Part shown: one piece after another, positions 10,150 through 18,840 of the stretch
Layout: each line of letters opens with the position of its first letter
How positions within the stretch are numbered: the stretch's first letter is position 1
From: Nostoc sp. DedSLP01
GTDB taxonomy: Bacteria; Cyanobacteriota; Cyanobacteriia; Cyanobacteriales; Nostocaceae
Length of the DNA: 64,000 nt
NCBI GenBank assembly: GCA_034530875.2
Contig: JAVRCJ020000014.1
Location: forward strand, 128,001 to 192,000
Direction: 5' to 3'
Position numbers and translations under genes: made by a program
Notes under the pieces: model-generated
What the model was told of the DNA's origin: nothing
What the model saw: only the letters and a program-made list of their open reading frames with translations
The model's database searches: none

Positions 10150-11112
10150 TCAAAAGGCTTTAGCTATCAACCAACTGAAAATCAATTTACCAACTTTTGG
10201 CTCGATAAATCTTAAAATATACTCTACTAGTTTTGGTGCGACACCTGACAAAAATGGCAATAATAAAGTTTTAATATCGTTAAAACCATCAATATTGGCA
10301 ACAGCAAGGTTAGGAATCAGGCAGACTAGCGCCCAGGCTAACCAATCTATCAATTTAAAGTTCATAGAAGTCAGCCTTTGAAATTGATTAGCAAGTACAT
10401 AGCGGGTAGTAACAAATAATATAGTAAAGCCTACCCAAGCAAATATTGATAGCGTTCCATTTGTTGGGTATAAATCGTAGGCTACAAAACCAGCAGTAAA
10501 TGAAGAAGCTACCTCCCAAACTAATAAATTTGAGTAAGTCTGAAAGCTACTTAGTAGTTGTTCTGTCAGCCAATAATGAGCCGATACAATTTTAGAATAT
10601 TGAGAGTTTTGCAGAAAATCACACTGAATTTTATGAAATATATCACCATCAAAAATTACAGTGGTTTGTAAAATAATATCTTCTTCTTTATAAACATCTA
10701 AAGGCGATGCATCCTGTTTATAATAACAATTAAAGGTGATTCCAGGCTCTAAGCTTCTTTCATCGCGTACATTTTTATTCAGTAAAAGTTGAAATATATC
10801 CAATAAAATAATAATCAAAAAACTTTTATAAAAGACTTTTAAAATATTATTTTCTGTATTATCCAGTGGCAAATTATGATTGAAATAGCCATAATACCAA
10901 AGAGAAAATTTGGTTTTAGCAGAAATTTCTAAAGAAAGATTAGTTTCTTTTGCTTGTTGAATTTGTTCTACAACTGTCTGGTTTAGGTAAAAACTATACT
11001 GTCCTTGCTCAATCTTAAGTTGAAAGCGATCGCCTTGAGGAACTTCTAGAAATATAAAGAGTCCCGTCTCAGTTTGGTTATCTTCTTTTATTTCTATACA
11101 ATCTGCATTCAT
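10150..11112 (-). CDS. Hypothetical multi-TM membrane protein with QT-x4-DGDI motif
   Basis: ATG 11112 starts 2 nt after the upstream stop; one central and several C-terminal hydrophobic helices. Confidence 0.65.
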   Translation of the reverse strand: MNADCIEIKEDNQTETGLFIFLEVPQGDRFQLKIEQGQYSFYLNQTVVEQIQQAKETNLSLEISAKTKFSLWYYGYFNHNLPLDNTENNILKVFYKSFLIIILLDIFQLLLNKNVRDERSLEPGITFNCYYKQDASPLDVYKEEDIILQTTVIFDGDIFHKIQCDFLQNSQYSKIVSAHYWLTEQLLSSFQTYSNLLVWEVASSFTAGFVAYDLYPTNGTLSIFAWVGFTILFVTTRYVLANQFQRLTSMNFKLIDWLAWALVCLIPNLAVANIDGFNDIKTLLLPFLSGVAPKLVEYILRFIEPKVGKLIFSWLIAKAF

Positions 11113-11114
11113 TA

Positions 11115-11987
11115 TCAAGATAATTTTGCAATTTTTTGTACTAACTCAATTAAAAAACTAAATGTTCCCCGCCACTGTTTCTCTCCAGCAACTACTCCTT
11201 CATTATGTGTAGTCATGAGATACTTTTTAGTTTCTTCAGGTAACTGAAACAATTTTTCATTGTAACGAGTGATAATATCCCCATCTACCTGCATTACAGT
11301 TTGAATATAAATAATATCAGTTTCAGTACTTGTAACATTATTGCCATCTAGCGCTGCTTTTAGTTCAGATATTTTGCGCAAAGTACGAACAAATTTTGCA
11401 TTTTTTAAAAGTTTTTCAATTTCTTGAAAACTTGCAATCCAATCTTCTTCATTATTTCCATCTTGTTCATCGACAACGGGAGTTGGAGCAGGTAATATAG
11501 GCTTGGCTAGCTTGATGTTCTTGGCATCAGCTTCTACTAAATCTTCTTGACGCTTCTTTGCATTTTCAAGGTTTTGACGATATCGTGTGACCCTCTCATC
11601 GTGAGGATTATAAAAACCAGAATTCTGTTCTAACAACAGATAAAAGTATTCTCTTTCAAGTTGGTCAAATAGACTTTTATAATGCTGACGTAGCTTTTGA
11701 GCTTGTTCGCCTTCTTTAGGAATTTCTTTTGCGTCAAAATAGCTTGGGTCATGTATAGAATAAATTTCTTGATATGCTTCCCAAGCATTAAATTTCGAGC
11801 CGCTAATTCTATTGACAACTATAGTATTTACTTCTAAAGCTGTCATGTCAGAAACTAATGTTTGTATGCTAGATACTAAATTGCTTAATAACCCTCTAGC
11901 TACGTTTTGAATGCGGTCTGGGTCAGTATTATTCAAGCTTTGAGTATTAATTTTACTGCGCTTATTAGTTTCAATATCAGTAGACAT
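11115..11987 (-). CDS. Hypothetical soluble protein (ALEVNT ... QTVMQVDGDI ... H..GV...W motifs)
   Basis: 290-aa ORF, helical composition, coupled to downstream membrane gene. Confidence 0.75.
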   Translation of the reverse strand: MSTDIETNKRSKINTQSLNNTDPDRIQNVARGLLSNLVSSIQTLVSDMTALEVNTIVVNRISGSKFNAWEAYQEIYSIHDPSYFDAKEIPKEGEQAQKLRQHYKSLFDQLEREYFYLLLEQNSGFYNPHDERVTRYRQNLENAKKRQEDLVEADAKNIKLAKPILPAPTPVVDEQDGNNEEDWIASFQEIEKLLKNAKFVRTLRKISELKAALDGNNVTSTETDIIYIQTVMQVDGDIITRYNEKLFQLPEETKKYLMTTHNEGVVAGEKQWRGTFSFLIELVQKIAKLS

Positions 11988-12274
11988 AAAAGTATTTCTT
12001 GCAATCTTCTCGTGTCAAAAGTGTTTAAATCAAACACTAAACTTATTTTGAACAGGGTTAAAAACTTTACCAATTTTATATAAGAAAATTTAGTTAAATC
12101 CAAATAACTTAATACTTTTCTCTGTGTGCATGAAGAAAGGTAACGCTATAGTTTACAAGGAATATTTTTATCTCGTTAAAGAAAATACTTGCTGAAAAAA
12201 GTAGAATTTATACATGAGAATGCCAATTAAGTAAAAGTATAATACAATACATTAAAAATATAAAGTTAACTGAT

Positions 12275-13060
12275 ATGTTGTTATCCCGTAAAGCCATTGT
12301 TACACCTTTTGTAATTTGTGCGTGTATTTTGGGAGTTGGCTTAATTCAATCTCCAAAACTGGAAAAACTGCTCAATAGTAAAAAATCAGTTTCATTAGCA
12401 ACTCTAGAAAAGGATATTAAATTAGAAAAAGTCAGTCTTGATTTTCTCAAAAAAATGCCTAGTTTTGGTTATGACAATTTGATTGGAAATTGGGTATATA
12501 TAAATTTTTTAGAGTATTTTGGGGATGATGAAGTCAGAGATCAAACAGGTTATAGTTTAAGTCCAGAGTATTTTGAAGTAATTTTAGAACGCGACCCGCG
12601 ATTTTTAGCAGCATATCAGAGTCTTTCAATTAGTACTTCATTGTATGCTGCTATGCCAGAACGGGCGATCGCATTATCTGAAAAAGGCTTAAAATCATTA
12701 TCTCCGTGGGTTCCCGAAAGGTCTTATTACGTGTGGCGTTATAAAGGAACTGATGAGTTATTATTTCTAGGCAATCCGAAAGCTGCTCAAAAATCTTTTA
12801 CAACAGCGGCAAATTGGGCGAAAAACTATTCAGATGAAGAAAGTCAGTTTGTAGGCGCTGCTTCTCAAAGAACTGCTGAATTTCTCAGTCGAAATCCTAA
12901 GAGTAAATACGCGCAAATTGCTACTTGGGCAATGGTTTTAAATAATAAAGTTGATGATAAAACTCGTAAACGCGCAATTAGAGCGATAGAAGCACTGGGA
13001 GGAAAAGTAGTTAAAACTCCTGAAGGAACTAATAAAATTATATTTCCTCCCAAGGATTAA
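12275..13060 (+). CDS. Conserved cyanobacterial hypothetical protein with N-terminal TM and TPR-like helices
   Basis: PSFGYDNLIGNW...YFGDDEVR...DPRF motif; recalled resemblance to proteins encoded next to cyanobacterial pilA genes (unverified). Confidence 0.7.
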   Translation: MLLSRKAIVTPFVICACILGVGLIQSPKLEKLLNSKKSVSLATLEKDIKLEKVSLDFLKKMPSFGYDNLIGNWVYINFLEYFGDDEVRDQTGYSLSPEYFEVILERDPRFLAAYQSLSISTSLYAAMPERAIALSEKGLKSLSPWVPERSYYVWRYKGTDELLFLGNPKAAQKSFTTAANWAKNYSDEESQFVGAASQRTAEFLSRNPKSKYAQIATWAMVLNNKVDDKTRKRAIRAIEALGGKVVKTPEGTNKIIFPPKD

Positions 13061-13162
13061 AGTAATATACCAGTTTGCTGCAAGAGAAATAAACTTTTGT
13101 AAAATTGCGAACTTTTTAACAACTCAGAAAGAAAACACGCAATATTTTTAGGAGGAATAGCG

Positions 13163-13582
13163 ATGTCAATCCGATTGGCAGAATCTGATTTTCAAATATT
13201 AGGGTGTTTTCCTGTGATGTCTCAGCTACGTCCTCACCTTGAGGAGGCTAAATTTCTAGAACAAGTTCGATATCAGATGAAACAAGGATATCAAATTGCA
13301 TTTTTGGCAACAGAGGAGCAACCCGTAGCCGTTGCTGGATTTCGTATTTTGACATGTTTATCATCCGGTAAATTTTTATATATTGATGATTTAGTTGTTG
13401 ATGAGTTTAAGCGATCGCAAAATTACGGTCAACAGTTATTTCAATGGCTCGTTGAATATGCAAGAGAGAACTACTGTCAACAACTGAGACTTGATTCTGG
13501 CATTCAGCGATTTGCAGCTCACAGGTTTTATCTTATGCAACGTATGAGCATTACAGCTCATCACTTTTCAATAAAGTTGTAG
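13163..13582 (+). CDS. GNAT family N-acetyltransferase
   Basis: LYIDDLVVDEFKRSQNYGQQL acetyl-CoA motif, AHRFY; AGGAGG RBS. Confidence 0.9.
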   Translation: MSIRLAESDFQILGCFPVMSQLRPHLEEAKFLEQVRYQMKQGYQIAFLATEEQPVAVAGFRILTCLSSGKFLYIDDLVVDEFKRSQNYGQQLFQWLVEYARENYCQQLRLDSGIQRFAAHRFYLMQRMSITAHHFSIKL

Positions 13583-13593
13583 CAATTAGCAAG

Positions 13594-14394
13594 ATGACTG
13601 GGAAAAATGACATTTTTTGGTATGACGGGAAATTAATTCAGTCGCAAATTTTGGAGTTAAATATTAACGATCCGGGGTTGCTTTATGGAGCAACGGTTTT
13701 TACAACTTTGCGAGTTTATGAGAATTCCATCGATAATAATTTAACCAATTGGCAAGCCCACTGCGATCGCCTCCTGTTCTCAATCCAATGTTTTGGTTGG
13801 CAACAACCCAATTGGCAGCGTATCCGCCAAGGTGCCCAAGTTCTTCTCTCATACTTCCCCGTTCTCAGAATTACCCTGTTTCCCGATGGACGAGAGTGGA
13901 TAATTGGCAGATTCTTAACGCCAGATTTGACAGAAAAACAAAAAAATGGTATTGCCTGCTGGGTTGCCAGTTCAGAATTTTCTCGTTCTCTACCTTCTCA
14001 TAAAACTGGCAATTATCTGAGTGCTTGGTTAGCAAAAACTAGCTCCAATGCCCAAGAAGCAATATTAACGGATGCCCAAGGAAATTGGCTAGAAACCAGT
14101 ACGGGTAACCTTTGGGGATGGTGTGATGGTAGTTGGTGGACGCCGCCAATCAATGCCGGAATTTTGCCGGGAATCATGCGATCGCAACTGATAAACTACT
14201 TGCAAAACCAGCAACAGCCGATACAGGAAGCACCTTGGAGTCCAGAGCTAGTCAAGAAATTTGAAGCGATCGCCTACACTAATAGCGTGGTAGAGATTAT
14301 CCCCATTCATACCGTTCATCAGCCTACAGGATCGTTACAATATAATCCACACCATCCCAGTTTTCAGGAAATAAGGGGGCTTTTTTTAGCATGA
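13594..14394 (+). CDS. Aminotransferase class IV (4-amino-4-deoxychorismate lyase-like)
   Basis: LLYGATVFTTLR, HKTGNY (PLP Lys), ETSTGN, GILPGIMR. Confidence 0.85.
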   Translation: MTGKNDIFWYDGKLIQSQILELNINDPGLLYGATVFTTLRVYENSIDNNLTNWQAHCDRLLFSIQCFGWQQPNWQRIRQGAQVLLSYFPVLRITLFPDGREWIIGRFLTPDLTEKQKNGIACWVASSEFSRSLPSHKTGNYLSAWLAKTSSNAQEAILTDAQGNWLETSTGNLWGWCDGSWWTPPINAGILPGIMRSQLINYLQNQQQPIQEAPWSPELVKKFEAIAYTNSVVEIIPIHTVHQPTGSLQYNPHHPSFQEIRGLFLA

Positions 14395-14506
14395 CAGCCA
14401 CGCCATTCTGTTATATCTTAAGATAAGTTAACATAATTCTTAATAATGACCTCTCCGCTTACAGACGCTACGCGATGGCGCGAAAAATACAGGAGGATAG
14501 ACCTTA

Positions 14507-16348
14507 GTGAATAAAAGATGGAGAAACGCAGGGCTGTACGCGCTGCTGTTTATTGTTGTAATTGCCCTGGGAACAGCATTTTTTGACAAACAACCCCAAA
14601 GCAGAGAGACATGGCGATACAGTCGCTTTATTCAAGAAGTTGAACAAGGCAGAGTAGAAAAAGTCAGTCTGAGTGCAGACCGTTCTACAGCATTGGTTAC
14701 CCCCAAATACGACCCAAATAAACGGTTGGTAACCTTGGTCAACGACCCAGATTTAATCAATACTTTGACATCAAAAGGCGTTGATATTTCAGTATTGCCC
14801 CAAACCGATGAAGGATTTTGGTTTAAGGCACTGAGCAGCTTATTTTTCCCTGTATTGCTTTTGGTTGGCTTATTCTTCTTGCTACGTCGCGCTCAAAGTG
14901 GCCCTGGCAGCCAAGCGATGAACTTTGGCAAATCCAAAGCCAGAGTACAAATGGAACCCCAAACACAGGTGACATTTGGTGATGTAGCTGGTATCGACCA
15001 AGCCAAGTTGGAATTAAACGAAGTCGTAGACTTTTTGAAAAATGCCGATCGCTTTACCGCCGTTGGTGCAAAAATTCCTAAAGGCGTGCTGTTAGTTGGC
15101 CCTCCTGGTACAGGTAAAACCCTCCTGGCTCGTGCCGTAGCTGGCGAAGCAGGCGTACCTTTCTTCTCAATTTCCGGTTCGGAATTCGTGGAAATGTTCG
15201 TGGGTGTCGGTGCATCCCGCGTCCGCGATTTATTTGAACAAGCCAAATCTAACGCTCCCTGTATCGTCTTCATCGATGAAATTGACGCCGTAGGTCGTCA
15301 ACGGGGTGCGGGTTTGGGCGGTGGTAACGACGAACGCGAACAAACCCTCAACCAGCTGCTCACAGAAATGGACGGCTTTGAAGGTAACACTGGCATCATC
15401 ATTATCGCTGCTACTAACCGTCCCGACGTTCTCGATGCAGCCTTGTTGCGTCCCGGTCGCTTCGACCGTCAAGTAGTAGTAGACCGTCCCGACTATTCTG
15501 GACGTAGCGAAATCCTCAAAGTACACGCCCGTGGCAAAACCTTAGCCAAAGATGTGGACTTGGATAAAATCGCCCGTCGTACCCCTGGATTTACCGGTGC
15601 AGATTTATCCAACTTGTTAAACGAAGCCGCAATCTTAGCAGCACGGCGGAATTTAACTGAGATTTCAATGGATGAAATCAACGATGCGATCGACCGCGTA
15701 TTAGCCGGGCCAGAGAAGAAAGACCGGGTAATGAGCGAAAAGCGCAAGACCTTGGTAGCATATCATGAAGCTGGTCACGCTTTAGTTGGTGCCTTAATGC
15801 CCGACTATGACCCAGTACAAAAGATTAGCATCATTCCTCGCGGTCGTGCAGGTGGTTTAACTTGGTTTACCCCCAGCGAAGACCGTATGGACACCGGTTT
15901 ATACAGCCGCGCTTATCTAGAAAATCAGATGGCTGTGGCTTTGGGCGGACGCATCGCTGAAGAATTAATCTTTGGTGAAGAAGAAGTTACCACAGGCGCT
16001 TCCAACGACTTGCAACAAGTCGCCCGTGTAGCCCGTCAAATGATTACGCGATTTGGTATGAGCGATAAACTTGGCCCGGTCGCCCTTGGTCGTCAGCAAG
16101 GTAACATGTTCCTGGGACGAGATATCATGTCAGAACGCGATTTCTCTGAAGAAACCGCCGCCGCCATTGATGAAGAAGTCCGCAAACTTGTGGATGTCGC
16201 TTATGCACGCGCTAAAGAAGTATTAGTGGGCAACCGCCACATTCTAGATCAATTAGCGCAAATGCTGGTTGATAAAGAAACAGTAGATGCCGAAGAATTG
16301 CAAGAAATTCTGGCAAATAACGATGTTAAAACTGCTGCGTTTGCTTAA
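14507..16348 (+). CDS. ftsH: ATP-dependent zinc metalloprotease FtsH (FtsH3-like)
   Basis: 2 [24 protein letters not shown]...RPGRFDR, HEAGH; GTG start with AGGAGG RBS. Confidence 0.98.
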   Translation: MNKRWRNAGLYALLFIVVIALGTAFFDKQPQSRETWRYSRFIQEVEQGRVEKVSLSADRSTALVTPKYDPNKRLVTLVNDPDLINTLTSKGVDISVLPQTDEGFWFKALSSLFFPVLLLVGLFFLLRRAQSGPGSQAMNFGKSKARVQMEPQTQVTFGDVAGIDQAKLELNEVVDFLKNADRFTAVGAKIPKGVLLVGPPGTGKTLLARAVAGEAGVPFFSISGSEFVEMFVGVGASRVRDLFEQAKSNAPCIVFIDEIDAVGRQRGAGLGGGNDEREQTLNQLLTEMDGFEGNTGIIIIAATNRPDVLDAALLRPGRFDRQVVVDRPDYSGRSEILKVHARGKTLAKDVDLDKIARRTPGFTGADLSNLLNEAAILAARRNLTEISMDEINDAIDRVLAGPEKKDRVMSEKRKTLVAYHEAGHALVGALMPDYDPVQKISIIPRGRAGGLTWFTPSEDRMDTGLYSRAYLENQMAVALGGRIAEELIFGEEEVTTGASNDLQQVARVARQMITRFGMSDKLGPVALGRQQGNMFLGRDIMSERDFSEETAAAIDEEVRKLVDVAYARAKEVLVGNRHILDQLAQMLVDKETVDAEELQEILANNDVKTAAFA

Positions 16349-16417
16349 CTAATCGCAAGTTATAAATTAGGAGTTAGAACTTAATAATAATTTCTAACTT
16401 CTAAGTTTAAAAAAGTG

Positions 16418-16447
16418 GGGTAACTCTGGGATTTTTCCGAGTTACCC
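16418..16447. terminator. Hairpin between convergent ftsH and SUKH gene
   Basis: GGGTAACTC / GAGTTACCC 9-bp stem. Confidence 0.6.
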
Positions 16448-16547
16448 TAATACTTTTAGGGGAAAGGTAAAAGGGAAAAGGTTTCAATTTACCCTTTTCC
16501 TAAACCAACACTGGTTTTCTGTTTTCCTATTAGAATTCTGTATTCTT

Positions 16548-17327
16548 CTAATTAATAAAACGTGAGCGTTTGAGAAATTGCCAGAAGTCGGCAACAACAG
16601 AACTGGTACAGCGCCATGTACGAGAGTGCTTTTTACCAGCTAAATAAAACCAAGGAGAGGTTGCATAGCTAGAAATGTATAGCAAAATCTCCCAATCGCC
16701 ACTCACCGCACAGAAGTCGAAGGCATCGCTGAACCACATAACATTCAAGCCATAAGTACGCGCTAGTTGAGCTAGTTGGGACGCTGCTTGGCGATCGATG
16801 CGGCTGTGGGCTTGTACCTGCATATAATTGCTAATAATGTAACGGAATGCCCGCTTATAAAGATGTCCAACCCAACTTTCTGCCCAGAACACCCTAGAAC
16901 CAGATATTTCGGTAAATACCCGGCCTGCTACATGTTTGTCACATTCCACAAAAACCTCTTCACAATGTACTCCAAAAACCCCCACCACTAAACATTGAGA
17001 CGGTGGACTTTCCCCTTCTTCCAACTGATAGCTATAGTACTCATACAAACTTTCTACATCTGGTGCAGCATCCTCCACAAAAGCACACCAAGGCACATTT
17101 TCACCCCACCCGCTTTGAGAAGTGTCTACAACGAACCCAGGAGCAGATACACCCATTCGCAACAGAAAATTATAATAATCTAATGGCAAATTTAGTGCCG
17201 AGACTTGATAGACAAGCTCTGCAAGAGCATCGATTTGTGCTAAAGAAGCCCCTTGAATTATCTGAGGAAAATCAGGGCTGTAGCGGGCGATTAATTGAAT
17301 AAAGCCCTCGATACTACGATCGCACAT
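16548..17327 (-). CDS. SMI1/KNR4 (SUKH superfamily) immunity-like protein
   Basis: N-terminal GASLAQIDALAE...LPLDYYNFLLRMG matches the SUKH helix-LP-xx-Y-xx-FL signature. Confidence 0.6.
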   Translation of the reverse strand: MCDRSIEGFIQLIARYSPDFPQIIQGASLAQIDALAELVYQVSALNLPLDYYNFLLRMGVSAPGFVVDTSQSGWGENVPWCAFVEDAAPDVESLYEYYSYQLEEGESPPSQCLVVGVFGVHCEEVFVECDKHVAGRVFTEISGSRVFWAESWVGHLYKRAFRYIISNYMQVQAHSRIDRQAASQLAQLARTYGLNVMWFSDAFDFCAVSGDWEILLYISSYATSPWFYLAGKKHSRTWRCTSSVVADFWQFLKRSRFIN

Positions 17328-17412
17328 AATTAAATTGGGCTTTTGAAAGATTAAAGAATTTACTTTCCATCGCTAATCTAGATGAGGACGAGGTGCTGAA
17401 AAATCCAGGACT

Positions 17413-18042
17413 TCACACCTGAAGATGTGCGCGTAAAATTCCTTGAATTATTTCTTGTACAGCTTGTTTGCTCAAGCTACCATCTACCCGCGCAATTCGT
17501 GAGGGATGGGATGCTGCTAATTCTGCATATCCTTGCTGAACGCGGCGATGAAAAGCAATTGTCTCTTGTTCGATACGGTCTAGTGCTACTTCGCTTCCTC
17601 GTTTGCGAGAAAGTCCCACCTCGACATCGACATCCAACCAAATAGTGAGGTCGCTTTCTAAGCCACCAGTAGCAATATAATTAAGCTGATTAATTAAGCC
17701 GATACTCAGACCCCGACCATATCCTTGGTAAGCAATGGTAGAGTCAGTGTAGCGATCGCATAAAATATATTTCCCTGCTGCCAGATTGGTTTTGAGTTCT
17801 TGTTCAACGTGTTGGGAGCGATCGGCAGCATACAATAAAAGTTCTGTGACCTCGGCAATTGGTTTATCCTCTGACTTGGATAGTAGCAAACGCCGCAGAT
17901 CTAAACCTAACTCAGTTCCCCCTGGTTCGCGAGTCACCACCACAGAAATACCTTGACTTTCCAACCATTGTTGGCAAAGCTGGATTTGGCTGGTTTTACC
18001 GCAGCCTTCCACCCCTTCAAATACAATTAATTTGCCACCCAT
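17413..18042 (-). CDS. tmk: dTMP kinase
   Basis: FEGVEGCGKTSQ, TREPGG, CDRYTDST.AYQG. Confidence 0.97.
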   Translation of the reverse strand: MGGKLIVFEGVEGCGKTSQIQLCQQWLESQGISVVVTREPGGTELGLDLRRLLLSKSEDKPIAEVTELLLYAADRSQHVEQELKTNLAAGKYILCDRYTDSTIAYQGYGRGLSIGLINQLNYIATGGLESDLTIWLDVDVEVGLSRKRGSEVALDRIEQETIAFHRRVQQGYAELAASHPSRIARVDGSLSKQAVQEIIQGILRAHLQV

Positions 18043-18127
18043 GCTTTTTGCTGCAACAATAGCGCCGACTGTAAAATCCTAACCTGCAATTGCGATCGCT
18101 GAGGCAATAGCTGTGTTTGACTAGCGA

Positions 18128-18601
18128 TTATGGCGATTTGATTTCTGTTCGATCGAAGACATTTTTGAGTAGAGTTAAGCCTTCTTCAATATTAGAAATT
18201 TGTTCTTCTGTCAGACCTTTAAGTAGATCGGTAATATGAGCGCGAGTTTGGTCTTGGGATTGCTTGAGTTGCTGCTTTCCTTCCTCAGTAAGATTGAGCA
18301 ACACTCGCCGCCGTTCTTGAGGATCGGCGTTGCGTTCGACAAAGTTGCGTTGTACCAGGCGTTCTATGGTTGCTGATGCTGTCGCAGAGGTGACGCCCAA
18401 ATGTTCTGCTAGGTCGGATAATGAAGCACCAGGATTGCGGTTGATAAATGCGAGCGATCGCAACTGAGGTATAGATAAAAAAGCAGCGCTGTGGGCACGC
18501 ATATCGGCTCGGATAAACCGCATTACCAGTGGTACTGTTTCCATCACTCTAGCAGCACATTCTTCGGAAGTTGAACCTTGAGTTAGTTTATCCAAGGTCA
18601 T
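18128..18601 (-). CDS. MarR family transcriptional regulator
   Basis: LSDLAEHLGVTSATASATIERLV..NFVER..DPQERRRVLLNLTEEG; start 18601 preferred over 18655. Confidence 0.9.
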   Translation of the reverse strand: MTLDKLTQGSTSEECAARVMETVPLVMRFIRADMRAHSAAFLSIPQLRSLAFINRNPGASLSDLAEHLGVTSATASATIERLVQRNFVERNADPQERRRVLLNLTEEGKQQLKQSQDQTRAHITDLLKGLTEEQISNIEEGLTLLKNVFDRTEIKSP

Positions 18602-18702
18602 GGGATTGTTGTTCTCCTGATTACATTGCCACCCGTTGATAAAATCGTCCACCAACGATAGCTAAGACTATTATTGTACAATCCAGTCCAAAGCTAAAGG
18701 AG

Positions 18703-18840
18703 TGGGCATTGGGCATTGGGAAAAGGGGAAGGTGGGGTCCCCTCTGGGGATAAGGGGCGGGGGTAAGGGGAAAAGGTAAAAATCATTCCTTTGCCCTTTT
18801 CCCTTTAACCTTTTTCCCCATGCCCTATGCCCCATCCCCA
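18703..18840. repeat. STRR heptamer repeats (GGGCATT, GGGGAAA, CCCCATG/CCCTTT)
   Basis: Tandem heptamers; the stop codon of the GGDEF-EAL gene falls inside them. Confidence 0.7.

Noticed and set aside
14893..15747. Antisense and alternate-frame ORFs inside ftsH and other long genes
   Set aside because: Shadow ORFs of well-supported CDSs with no motifs of their own.
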